63,167 bases of DNA, filler included, from Globobulimina sp. (GCA_003354225.1; 53 parts of 53 records of this genome joined end to end with filler, not necessarily neighbours in it), one strand, 5' to 3'. Numbered from the whole stretch's first letter, positions 1 through 11,406 are shown. Numbers and translations are program-made. The notes: a model not told the origin generated them from the letters alone.

Positions 1-699
1 ATACGAGGTCATCCAAACATTACATTTTTTGTTTAGATCTGGCAAACATTGCCATATATCATATGCCAGCTGGAATACACAGTGTTCATATTCGAAATAA
101 TAATCACAACATAAGTCAATTACAACTTTTGGAAGGAAAATATTGTTAAGTTTCTCCATTTCAGATACATAACCGTTGAGAATTATATTACTGTCAGTCA
201 GATAACAGTGATCTTTGTGTTGTTGTAATATGTGATAATTTACATTTTTGTGGTTTGATTTTGTGTTTGTCTGTGTGTGATGTGTTTGAATCCATAGTCC
301 TGCAGTTTGTGATAGTAACATATTATATCCACCATAATAATGACGGAAACCAATGTAATGACGGAGATCAGAATCGGATAATGTTAAAGTATCTGAATCA
401 CGATCATCAATATTTGGATTATTAATTTGAAATTCAGTGTTCAGATCATTTGTACATGTTTTGTTTTGGATGAGTTTATTTCTTTGTATAATAAATTGAT
501 TTCTTAAGTCAAGAGATGTTATATTTAGCTCGTTTTTTAAGTGATCATCAGTTAATTTTATAAACCATACACCAGAAATACGATGTTCCTGGAATGGTTT
601 GATAAGGTCAAACAGATAACCATTATTTACTGATTTTATCCATTCAATTGTTTGGTGATTATTCCATTCCTCTGGATTGGATGGTAAATTATCTAAAAT
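1..699 (-). CDS. SAM-domain protein exon (3' partial; missed by the ORF track)
   Basis: Stop-free minus frame from a CAG acceptor (702-700) to base 1: LPSNPEEWNNHQTIEWIKS...FQEHRISGVWFIKLTDDHLKNELNITSLDLRNQFI (SAM pattern), later IILNGYVSE...LPKVVIDLCCDYY. Confidence 0.7.
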   Translation of the reverse strand, partial: MLDNLPSNPEEWNNHQTIEWIKSVNNGYLFDLIKPFQEHRISGVWFIKLTDDHLKNELNITSLDLRNQFIIQRNKLIQNKTCTNDLNTEFQINNPNIDDRDSDTLTLSDSDLRHYIGFRHYYGGYNMLLSQTAGLWIQTHHTQTNTKSNHKNVNYHILQQHKDHCYLTDSNIILNGYVSEMEKLNNIFLPKVVIDLCCDYYFEYEHCVFQLAYDIWQCLPDLNKKCNVWMTSY

Positions 700-1095
700 C
701 TGGTGATATATATATTATTAATATTTGAAACAGAAACAGAAACAAAGCGCATGATTAGATATGCTGTATGTTCAGAGCAGAGGAATAGTATTTCATACTT
801 CTTGAGAAGATGGTTTGGTATTGAAGCAACCCATTATGATTTATGAGGGAAAACTAAATTATCTATAGATCTGATATACGCGTTGCTTTTAGTTGCATTC
901 TGATTCTACGAGTAAATACGAATAAAAATCATTAAATCTCATGTTATCACTGATTTTATGTTTGTATTGCTATATCCTTGCACAATGATGATGATTCTTT
1001 GAATAGTTTTATGTCAATAGTTATATTGAACCGGCATAGATAATTTGTATGGTGTATTTGCACTTTTTCTTGTAACTAAACCAATCCATGGATGA

Positions 1096-1195
1096 NNNNN
1101 NNNNNNNNNNNNNNNNNNNNNNNNNNNNNNNNNNNNNNNTTAATTAATTAANNNNNNNNNNNNNNNNNNNNNNNNNNNNNNNNNNNNNNNNNNNN
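1096..1195. other. Artificial contig linker N44-TTAATTAATTAA-N44 (first of 52 identical linkers)
   Basis: The same 100-bp spacer recurs every 1193-1195 bp; the central 12-mer has stops in all frames; contig lengths step 1095, 1094, 1093. Confidence 0.99.
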
Positions 1196-1718
1196 TTTTC
1201 CCATTTGAATACAATGAGTTTGACAAATCAATGCCTGCATTTAAATCAAACAAAACACTCGATCCATTTTGTAGGCTGATGGTTGTTTGCAGTGCCATGT
1301 TTTACAAAAACATTGTTTGATATCCATATCAATTATAATGTTTTTTATTGATATTATGGTTGTTTATAATTGATATCGATATCTGATGTCTATTGCGTAC
1401 ATTAGCTGTTCAGAATTGGACATGTCAAATATTGCACCAATACAAAGAATGTATAAATTAATTCAACATACAGTCATACACAGAGTGACAGAGATCACTA
1501 CATGTATATTATAAGTGATCTTGCTACATTAATCTATGAATCATACGTTTTTAATTCGGTCTAGATGATTTGTCCAATATTTGACACCAAATGCATAATA
1601 ATTCAATTCTGAACAGTAATTTAAGTGTAATTAACATTTGGATGTATTTAACATATATAACACTAAAAACAGTGATAGGAATTGTTGCACAAATAAAATG
1701 AATCACAATTATGAATTA

Positions 1719-2026
1719 TCAGAGTCGTCCATCATCAAACACTGAATATTGAAGCAATTCTTGGTCTTTGTCCTTTTCCTGGCCAAATACACCACATTTA
1801 TAACAAACATAGAATCCAATGATAATTAAAAGTATGATCATAACCGCAGACACAATCTCTACCGTTTCATCATATTCTGAGCATTTATATGTCAGTTTAA
1901 TCGATCACACAAATGAATAATGATTATAATAATACCTGGTTTCTCTTTATTGTTATTATGCATAGTTGTTGTGAAGTTTTGTAGGTTTGACAATAATTCA
2001 TGGTCATTAAAATAAGGTGCAGGCAT
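1719..2026 (-). CDS. Small single-pass membrane protein, 82 aa, one 59-bp intron (1877-1935)
   Basis: Splicing GT..AG gives MPAPYFND...KPEYDETVEIVSAVMIILLIIIGFYVCYKCG...GRL*, with one hydrophobic helix. Confidence 0.55.
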
Positions 2027-2078
2027 TGTTTCCAATAATGTTATTTTACAAAAACTATCTCAAAACTAGCTATAAAAC

Positions 2079-2290
2079 ATGGCAGAGAGTAAAGAGCAAC
2101 CACAAGAAGAAGATGTAGCGATGGACTTGGATGCAATGGATATTTTGGATGAGGATGATGTATTTCATCATCAGATGGGTGCTCAATTAATTCTTGATCA
2201 CGGATTTTTTGATAATTCAGTTGTAAATATCATTAATGGAGAAATTGAACTCATTGATTATGCATTGAACAATTCAAAATTATATGATTT
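2079..2290 (+). CDS. Hypothetical protein, acidic N-terminus (3' partial)
   Basis: ATG in an AAAC-ATG context, open to the contig end. Confidence 0.5.
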
Positions 2291-2391
2291 NNNNNNNNNN
2301 NNNNNNNNNNNNNNNNNNNNNNNNNNNNNNNNNNTTAATTAATTAANNNNNNNNNNNNNNNNNNNNNNNNNNNNNNNNNNNNNNNNNNNNT

Positions 2392-2592
2392 CCAATGCTG
2401 ATGGATAAGCATTGTTATGACGCAGCACAGTTCGCCTTAGGGCTACAAAAATGGAGTGCGGCTGTATTTTATTTACAAACTGCACTTCAACAGAAACAAA
2501 TTGCACAAGGACAAGATATTGGAATTGATGAATCATTCCTGGAGAAAGTCAATCTGTTGCCTGATAAATTTAGATGTAGGTTCAAAATATAA
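2392..2592 (+). CDS. 3' end of a helical (TPR-like) protein
   Basis: CYDAAQFALGLQKWSAAVFYLQTAL amphipathic helix pattern; 5' partial. Confidence 0.4.
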   Translation, partial: PMLMDKHCYDAAQFALGLQKWSAAVFYLQTALQQKQIAQGQDIGIDESFLEKVNLLPDKFRCRFKI

Positions 2593-2650
2593 TCAATTTT
2601 ATAGCTAGTGTTTGTTGTGAGAAATGTTATAGTTTTTCAGAGAAAAAGCT

Positions 2651-3485
2651 ATGATTTTGTTACTTCACGACATTACAGTACTTATTGTTATTGCTTTTTG
2701 TGTGTTCATTGTTATTCAATTAAATCAACATAATATGATTCGTGATGATAATATTAATTACATCCCTGTGGAGGATGTGCTTCAATTATTAGAAACACAA
2801 CAAGCAAATTGTGAGAGGAAAATAAAAAAACTAAATCAAACATTGTATAGCTTACATAATCAAAGCATAAATATGATACACTTAATTGAGTTATCATGAC
2901 AAAACATTGAAAATAATACAAATATGACAGATATAATAGCGTCCATTCAAACGGATTATTTGGCATATCAACAACGTACAAATTGGATATCGGGAGTTGT
3001 AAATATGCCACATATTATTCCCTATTCATTTAATGAGTTAGCAGATGAGAATAAAGTTGATTTTAACTTTAATATATTTACAGCAACGAAGAGAGGCTTA
3101 GAAATCTATCATAATGGAATTAAATATGGTAGACATGAAAGCAAATTGCAATATACGGCAAATACTGATATTTCTTCCACTGCAACACCGAATACATTGC
3201 AACCAAATGATTGTTTACAATTTAATTCAAGTATTAACAATCGGTGGATTGAAATTAGTTTAATTGAAAAAATTATTGATAAAAACAAAATAAATGAAAG
3301 AGATAAAAATAAATCACCAAAACGTTTTATGTTATTTGGGAAATTGAGAGGTGATAAAGAGTGGAAATATATTCATGTTAAACGGAATAAAATATTAGGC
3401 GTTAATGAGAGTGTAATCAAATTGGAGTTAAAGGTGGTGTCTGGAATTGAATTAATGCGGATTGAATATGATATAAATGAAGGCG
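2651..3485 (+). pseudogene. Degenerate SUN-domain protein (TM, coiled coil, SUN) with an in-frame TGA at 2897-2899
   Basis: ORFs 2651-2899 and 2924-on are in the same frame with one TGA between; LQPNDCLQF...WIEISL...SPKRFMLFG resembles SUN with a segment missing. Confidence 0.5.
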
Positions 3486-3586
3486 NNNNNNNNNNNNNNN
3501 NNNNNNNNNNNNNNNNNNNNNNNNNNNNNTTAATTAATTAANNNNNNNNNNNNNNNNNNNNNNNNNNNNNNNNNNNNNNNNNNNNT

Positions 3587-4680
3587 AATATCGGTCCATA
3601 TGCATCATTATCAAAAGCACAAATCGATGCAAATAACGCATCGGATGTTACACTAAATATCAATGGAAAATTTACATTGAATAACATTATTTGTACCGCA
3701 TCAAAAACAGTAAATATTAACACAAATTATAATGGACATTTACATGGAAATAATATCACTGTTTCTAAAACACAAAATGTTAATTTTAATGTGTTTGGGA
3801 CGGTTACAAATAATATAATTTATGGTGAATTTATTAAAAAAAAATTAGTTCTTGAGATTTATGGTGAATTTGTTGGAAATATATTAAACATAGCATCGGC
3901 AAATAGTTTATTAATAACCAACAAAGGAAACTATTCAGATAACAAAATATTTGGCGACAATATGAAAACCTCATTTAATATGTCATGTATCGATAATTTT
4001 ACACTATGCAGCTCCATAACTGATCAATATAACGTTCGAAATGTGAGAAATGTTTCCTTATTTATCAATTCATCATATTTACTGTATACACACTCATTTT
4101 TTAATCATTTTATGGCATCAAAGACCAAATTTGTAGATATTTATGTTGGCAGTAATTCACAGCTAACCACTCAATTAAATGTGGAGAATTCCTACAAAGT
4201 TTTAGTACAAATTGATGGCGATATGGTAGACTCATTAATCAATGGCCATAATATTGGTCAAAATCTGAGTGTGATTTGCAACGGAACAGATTTTGCGATT
4301 GGTGGATGCCAAAATTTAACAATATATACCTCGCCGGTCTATAATTATTTGAATTGTATAAAATATGGATGTAAAACATTAGATATATTTACAAGAAACA
4401 ATGCAAATGATATTGCAATGAGTAGTGAGCAATGTCGATGCAATGATAATGTTATAAATTCGTGCATTGACCAATGGCACATTTATTGCCAACCAGATGT
4501 GAATAATCAGTATGTTGTATCAACATTTAATGGCGGCAGACACTGTGAGGGTATTGATTGTTGTGGAGATATTGTGAATATGTTACATGAGGATAGTTGT
4601 CCGTGGCCAGAGAATGGTGTTAATAATACAGATGCAACGGATGTGGATGTAGATACAGACACTGATGGACAAGCATCAAA
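3587..4680 (+). CDS. Asn/Cys-rich extracellular, beta-helix-like repeat protein (partial)
   Basis: Open across the whole contig; alternating hydrophobic beta repeats and Cys-rich motifs (GGCQNLTIY, YGCKTLDI). Confidence 0.6.
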
Positions 4681-4925
4681 NNNNNNNNNNNNNNNNNNNN
4701 NNNNNNNNNNNNNNNNNNNNNNNNTTAATTAATTAANNNNNNNNNNNNNNNNNNNNNNNNNNNNNNNNNNNNNNNNNNNNCACCATTCATCTTGTAATCG
4801 TGCCTCTTGCACCCTGGGCTCTTGCCTCTGTGACTATCTTGCCTCTGGGTCTATCGCCCCAAAATGCAACTCTGTTGCCCCCTACTAAAAAAACAAAATC
4901 TCTGATTTTTTCTCAAACGTATAGA

Positions 4926-5150
4926 ATGTACTCGATTCTATAAAAGTAACAGAATATACTATTCCATAAACAGGAAGTATGCGGTTTGAAATGGAATTAT
5001 AATGATTCAGTTTATTTAGCATCGGGAGGCAATGACAATAGATTGGCGATATGGGACATTCGTCGCAGTAAAGAGCCTGTCTTTTATGGTAAACATAGAG
5101 CAGCGGTTAAAGCCATTGCTTGGTCGCCTCATACAAAGGCGTTGTTGTGC
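4926..5150 (+). pseudogene. Fragment of Cdc20/Cdh1 (Fizzy) WD40 APC/C activator, truncated
   Basis: HKQEVCGLKW...LASGGNDN...HRAAVKAIAWSPH; homology stops at a short duplication (gcctcatacaaa) at about 5150. Confidence 0.8.
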
Positions 5151-5287
5151 CTCATACAAAGACAATCTAAAATTTGGGACAATCTAAAATTTTCAAGAAT
5201 CGACTTTTTTTAGAATCAAGTAAAAAGCAATGGATATCGATATGGAAGACGTGGAATGGATTTATGAATGAAAATGAGCAGAAAAAT

Positions 5288-5364
5288 GGTGACCTAGCTC
5301 AATTGGCAGAGCATTGGTTTGAATGACAGACCAATTGGATGTAGGTTCGAATCCTACGGTGAGA
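5288..5364 (+). ncRNA. tRNA-derived sequence (pseudo-tRNA or SINE head) with intact Pol III A and B boxes
   Basis: D arm GCTC/GAGC, TTGGT/ACCAA stem with an 11-nt loop, T arm GTAGG-TTCGAAT-CCTAC; acceptor stem broken (GGTGACC vs GGTGAGA). Confidence 0.75.
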
Positions 5365-5439
5365 GGAATGGAATGGAACGAAACGCAAACGGCAGAAATC
5401 CCCAGAACTAATTATTTGAACACAAATGAGAGAAGAAAT

Positions 5440-5768
5440 GCCGTCATATATTAAGGCGGCGAGAATAAGGAAAGCAAAGCCGTCATATATTAAGGCGGCT
5501 ATAATGAGAAAGAATCCGCCATATATTAAGGCGGTGTGAATTGAAATTTGGATGCAATGCCGTCATATATTAAGGCGGCGAGAAAGAGAGAATAAATGCC
5601 GTCATATATTAAGGCGGTGAGAATGAGAAAGAATCCGCCATATATTAAGGCGGTGAGATTAAGAGAAGGAATCCCGTCATGTATTAAGGCGGTGTGAATT
5701 GGATGCAATGCCGTCACGTATTAAGGCGGCGAGAAAGAGAGAATAAATGCCGTCATATATTAAGGCGG
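5440..5768 (+). repeat. Array of nine palindromic 20-bp repeats (G)CCGYCATATATTAAGGCGG with 16-24 nt spacers
   Basis: Copies start at 5440, 5479, 5515, 5559, 5598, 5634, 5673, 5710, 5749; bracketed by the direct repeat GAAATCCC(C/A)AGAACTAATTATT (~5395 and ~5809). Confidence 0.95.
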
Positions 5769-5835
5769 CGAGAATGAAAAGCAACTCATTATTTGAATAT
5801 CAATGGGCGAAATCCCAAGAACTAATTATTATGAG

Positions 5836-5872
5836 ACGGCATACGGAGCGCCGTAGACAAAATCTGTTTTTT
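5836..5872 (+). terminator. Hairpin plus T6, candidate Pol III terminator
   Basis: ACGGC...GCCGT stem then TTTTTT (5867-5872), the first run of 4 or more T after the tRNA-like head. Confidence 0.45.
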
Positions 5873-5976
5873 CTANNNNNNNNNNNNNNNNNNNNNNNNN
5901 NNNNNNNNNNNNNNNNNNNTTAATTAATTAANNNNNNNNNNNNNNNNNNNNNNNNNNNNNNNNNNNNNNNNNNNNT

Positions 5977-6993
5977 CAACAATTTAGAAAGAAAAGAGCA
6001 GATAATTGGAAATATCGGCACGCAACAAACACCAATGAACAATATGGCTCAGTCGAGAAATATTGGTTAATATTTAATAAGATACAACAGCGACCAATTG
6101 ACGATTTTAGCGAAGATAATATCATTGATTACATGATATGGAACAAAGTATGCAAAGCAAATTTTGGATGGACGGCAGTCCATTCGCATCAATTTGGAAT
6201 AAGAGATCTGGCATTAAAATACAATAAAATCATCAAAGTATCAAAAACAGAAATGCCCAATCTATATAACTATAAAGTAGCCGAAAAGAGACAGAATCCG
6301 GGCAAGGGAGGATCGGCAGCAATAAGTGAGAAAGTGATAGAAAAATGGATAAAAATAATAAAAGAGGATCGGAGTTTGGATACAATATCAAAACTATCTT
6401 GGATTGGAATTGTAAGCATGGCATTAACTGAGATCAAACGAATCAGTGAGTATAAAATTGAATTAAATATGGATAATAATGTGACATATAAAAGCATGGA
6501 ATTCGAGCATACATTAAACACATTAAAATGGGAGGAATCAACATACATTATTTGGAATAGAAAAACTGGCAAAACACACCAGTTTAATATGGATAATAAC
6601 AAGTTGCAATCTGCAATTATTTGTCAATGCAATGAGAAGAGCAAAATATGTACAAAATGTGCAATAATGGAACTTACAAAGGAAAGGATAAAATTGAATG
6701 GCAGAATAACACCTAATGACTGCATATTTACCAGCAAAAGAAAACCCATCAATAAATACATGATAGGTAGCAAAATAAAGGAGCTATGCATAGAAACGGG
6801 CTTAGACCCGGCAAAGCATACACCACATGGACTTAGGAAGGGTGGTACGCAAAAGGCCATAGCCGACGGAGTGCCGCTGCCACAAATTCAAAAACAGGCG
6901 GATTGGAAAGGACCGGCAATGGTATTTAGATACAACAATAACGTCGATATACAAAAGCAAATACAAATCATGAAACAAGTGTATCAGCATTGA
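5977..6993 (+). mobile_element. Tyrosine recombinase of DIRS/Ngaro/Crypton type (5' partial)
   Basis: Catalytic R (KRISE), K (RKTGK), HxxR (HGLRKGG), W (ADW), Y (FRY); intronless; ICQC..C..C insert. Confidence 0.85.
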
Positions 6994-7170
6994 ATGTAAA
7001 CAGATTTAATTTAAATTATTTAAAAGCAACAGATACAATGAAGCTGACTCAGACAAAGGGGAAAAGATTGNNNNNNNNNNNNNNNNNNNNNNNNNNNNNN
7101 NNNNNNNNNNNNNNTTAATTAATTAANNNNNNNNNNNNNNNNNNNNNNNNNNNNNNNNNNNNNNNNNNNN

Positions 7171-8265
7171 GACAACCCATTCGTTCCCCACTATGACCCC
7201 CACTTTGTACCAAGCACACAACCAATAATAAATGATCTACATAACCTTGAAACACACAGCATTTCCCACACAGACTCTGATGATGATGTTGTCATCGCCG
7301 ATATGCAGCAACAAACGCCCGGTTATCTGCCAGACAGGACACTCTCACAGGAAATGGATGAAAAACAATCAGTGGACGCCATGCAAAATAATGACCCAAG
7401 CAAATACAGCTCCGTCCAAATGGCACTACGCTATGCCAACCAAAATAGCGCTCCCGGCTACAGATAGGTAAGAATCTATATATCTCACAAGTTTCGTAAG
7501 AATCTACAAGTTTCGTAAGAATCTACACATACTTCAAGGTGGCAATCGTTCCAAGCGAGGCGTCCCAGAACAGATAGGTGCCCTAAATATAATCGCGGAG
7601 ACTGCAAAAATGCGTAAAATCCCTTTGTACTGCACCTTGTTGGATATTCGAAAGGCTTTTGACACTGTTTGGCGCAAAGGGTTATTCTACAAATTGCATA
7701 ATGAGTTCAATATACCCCTGAATCTTTGTAAAATCTTGAAAGCTATCTACAATAATTCCCAATCAGCGATTCGAGACATTCCATTCATAACTAATAAATT
7801 CTTATTACACAATGGCGTACTGCAAGGGTCTGTGCTGTCCCCTGTCCTCTATGCAGCCTTCTTGAACGACCTAGTGACGGAGCTACAGAACACAAATAAA
7901 GGAGCACACTCACCGGACCCCAATGAGAGAATTGCATGTGTCCTGTACGCGGATGACATTATCATTACTACCAATAAAATCTCTGATTTGCGCAACTTAA
8001 TAAAAGTGTGCGAGCGACATAGCGCACGCTGGAATTACACATTTAATCATAAAAAGTGTAGCTCAATAATCTATAATGATGCATCCATAAATAAAAATAA
8101 CATAAATGACTACGGCTACGATGACAAAAAACTGATTCAAAATGAATATAATATGAAAATGAAAATGAATATGACCTCGCCAGCCCCGATGTTGTTGATA
8201 CAAAAGCCAATTAACAACAACATCCTCGGCATTAATATAAATAATCAAATACAGACATATAATAA
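7171..8265 (+). mobile_element. Non-LTR retrotransposon reverse transcriptase, disrupted
   Basis: LLDIRKAFDTV, GVLQGSVLSP, YADD; upstream NSAPG segment cut off by a stop and a small tandem duplication at ~7470-7525. Confidence 0.92.
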
Positions 8266-8426
8266 NNNNNNNNNNNNNNNNNNNNNNNNNNNNNNNNNNN
8301 NNNNNNNNNTTAATTAATTAANNNNNNNNNNNNNNNNNNNNNNNNNNNNNNNNNNNNNNNNNNNNGGCCTGAGGTCTGAGTGTAGTAAAAAGATTTTTAT
8401 CTTGGACTGAGTGCCAAGAAGTAAAC

Positions 8427-9460
8427 ATGTCACAAGGACTAACCAAACAAGCGAGTATAACGGAGCAAAGTGTAGAAATGACAGCAAATGATTTTGACAT
8501 TGATGATATTATTGACATTATCGATAAATTGGAGTCTGTCGACGTAAAGGACGACATAAATCAATTTGAGTTTATAGCACAAACTGAAATGCAAAATCTT
8601 TATACCAATGAAATTGAAAAAACCAAAGAAATCATCCTCAATTCATCCATAAATGGCAACATAATATCAGCCCATTGTAATAACCAGCAAGAATTAGAAG
8701 AATATTTAACTAATACATTTGGTGAGATATGGTGTCATAACCCACAGAAAAACAAATATGTAGCCACATCCATCCAGAAAAACATAAACAAAATAAAAAC
8801 ATACTCTGTTCAACAAATGCTGCAATACATCGCATATTTTGACATATCGATGGTAACACAGGCAATATCCGATGGTAATTGGGATGAAAATAAATTCAAA
8901 CTGTCTTCCAAAAAACAATGGAATGACGCTATGGCAAACCATAATATCCCCAGAGGAATATCCATCAAATTATATAAAGCAATCAACACAAAATTTACTG
9001 GACCCAAACGTGTAATCTTTGATGATGAAGAAAATAAATATTATAATCCACAACAACAACAACATGAACACGAAGAGAAACGATCAATACACACCAAACT
9101 AGCAAGCATTGCTGATCCAAACGATAACAATCTATCTACAAACACCATCATTATCCATTCAATGACGCCCGAACCCCCAGCAAATAATACTTTTGTTAAT
9201 TTTAGTGATTGGAAATTTGATAAAAAAGAACTAAAATTTCCAACGTATATTTCCAAAGCAGTTAAGTGTACTGCACCACATTTTAGATATATAATAATAT
9301 AATATACTAAATACAGCTGTATTATTTCTCAGAGGATTATATATTGGAGTTATTAATAGACAGAGCCATATCAAAAGTACTGAGTTTTGACGACTTATGG
9401 AGAGATGCTACATTTTGTAACCAATTATATCACGATGATACATTTAAAGAAGCAGTAGAT
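8427..9460 (+). CDS. Hypothetical protein with probable intron 9261-9315 (3' partial)
   Basis: 291-aa ORF; GT..CAG splice continues in an open frame (LYYFSEDYILELL...) to the contig end. Confidence 0.55.
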
Positions 9461-9560
9461 NNNNNNNNNNNNNNNNNNNNNNNNNNNNNNNNNNNNNNNN
9501 NNNNTTAATTAATTAANNNNNNNNNNNNNNNNNNNNNNNNNNNNNNNNNNNNNNNNNNNN

Positions 9561-10655
9561 CCGTAAAACGCCATGGTTTCAGCTGGATTTAATATCATTT
9601 TCGCATTTACGCCGTGATATAATACCATATTATTTTCATTTATTTTTTTACCATATTTATTCAATACGATCAATAAACCAACCCTCCAATGGAAAAACTC
9701 ACATAGTCGTTTCTCTAATTCTTGCTTTTTGGCATTGTCTTGCTTTTCTTGTTCTATTTGCTCTTCTTTTTCATCGTTATTTTGCTGCATTTTATCCAAT
9801 ACACTGCGAATACTTTCCCATCGGAAACATTTCTTTAATTCATGTTGCAATTTATCAAAATCTGTGTATAATTTCAGCATAAGAACATCCTGCAATTTCA
9901 CTTCTTCGCCTGGTCGCCATGTGATGTGTGTATCACTTACATCATCTTTAAAACTGCCGGCATATAACGTTTTAATTCGATTCCTGGCAAATGAATTGAA
10001 AAATATTTTTGATTTTCGCAATGTCTGATTCCAATTATCTTTCGATGCGCGAGCGTAGGAGTTCAGCAACGCTTCGCTGTAAATTTTAAAAAAACTTTTT
10101 AGTCGAACATGGCAGCGTTAATTATGTTGACTTAACTCTTTGACATTTTTAAATTTTGCCTTTAAGTGAACTAAACCTCGATTTTGTCCAGTTCTAAAGC
10201 CACTATACATGTTTATTTATGAGATTATTATAGAGATAAGATACAGATAACATACTGAGCACTTTGCCATTTAAATATTCCCATATATTTGACTAATAAT
10301 TGATATTTGACTAATAATTGATATTCATTCTCACCATCTTTACAATCCCATCGATCTAACCAGGTCTCATCCTCTGTTGGTATCAATATTGCAACAGATT
10401 TAATGGCGAAACAGAAACATTTTATACCTTTTTTGCCAACATAGGCTTTCTTTGACTTACTTCTTGGTGATTTATTTGCTTTTACTTCTTGTACGTCGAC
10501 GTCTTGCACGTTTTGGAAGTCAAGTACTTTTTTTGATTCTTTTGATTCGTTTTTGTCTTTTAACTGCCAACTACGCCCTAAGCCGTGCTGCGTAATATCA
10601 TCAATCCTCTCATTCGCTTTCGACTCATCTTTTTCATCATTTGCATATTTCTCAG
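9561..10655 (-). CDS. ART-fold-like (ADP-ribosyltransferase-like) family protein, intron-containing, partial
   Basis: KAKFKNVKDEALLN (after splicing), LKLYTDF..LQHELKKCFR, FFHW, LYHGV...FYG; paralogous to 16728-17762. Confidence 0.55.
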
Positions 10656-10755
10656 NNNNNNNNNNNNNNNNNNNNNNNNNNNNNNNNNNNNNNNNNNNNT
10701 TAATTAATTAANNNNNNNNNNNNNNNNNNNNNNNNNNNNNNNNNNNNNNNNNNNN

Positions 10756-11406
10756 CTCGCACACAAGTGACATAGGTTCGATTGGCATACCTTCCATGGT
10801 CCCAAAGCCTAAACCAATGGCCATGCCAAGCCACACAAATGTATTTATATACCCTCTCTGTAGATATTGTGTATGCGGTAAATATAATTTGGCCACATAT
10901 TGTAATAAATACGCTTTGACGCATTCTTCAATCAGGCCGGCCACACAAAATGAGGTAAATGCTAAGTATAAATGTACCAAGACATTGTTGCATGTAAAAT
11001 TATGTGCTTCGTCATATTCTTCCGTCATCACTGCGGACAAAGCGCGCGATTTGCCAAATAACAGAAAGATTAGTAATAAAAATAAAGTACTGATCCATAA
11101 TTCTGTTAACAACGCAAATAAACCACCTCCGAAAAATGAATGACTGAATGCGCGAAATAAATCTGCAAATTGGATCAGATTTGGATTAATTTTATAACTT
11201 TTGGCAAATGAGCGATAGGTTAAATATACCACAGTTGCGGTGAAAAATACTAATGGAAAAAACAATATATTCCCCAAATGACCACCCCACAGCAAATAAG
11301 CTACGCCAACTAACACATAAAATATGACATAGGCTAAAAACCACACCCAACTAATTTTGTGATTATCTGGTGGTTGCGGAGGCGGAGAGGACCGATTTTG
11401 AAGCAT
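10756..11406 (-). CDS. PrsW-family intramembrane glutamic protease (3' partial)
   Basis: Multiple TM helices, AGLIEECVK (EExxK) and GLGFGTME (FxxxE) motifs. Confidence 0.75.

Noticed and set aside
1096-1195. TTAATTAATTAA as a biological periodic repeat
   Set aside because: It is an N-padded synthetic linker.
1196-1298. Possible cyclase-family N-terminus (MALQTTISLQNG...IDLSNSL)
   Set aside because: Only about 34 codons; too short to support a call.
2897-2899. Alternative genetic code or selenocysteine from in-frame TGA (and TAG at 19138)
   Set aside because: TGA and TAG end other genes here (6993, 41553, 25522), conserved genes contain no internal stops, and the SUN copy has other lesions.
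5288-5364. Functional tRNA gene
   Set aside because: Acceptor stem cannot pair and the anticodon loop is 11 nt.
5440-5768. CRISPR array
   Set aside because: Repeats (20 bp) and spacers (16-24 nt) are short, spacers are related or identical to each other, no cas gene is visible and the context is eukaryotic.
5288-8265. Array plus recombinase plus reverse transcriptase as one system
   Set aside because: They lie on three separate contigs placed together only by length sorting.
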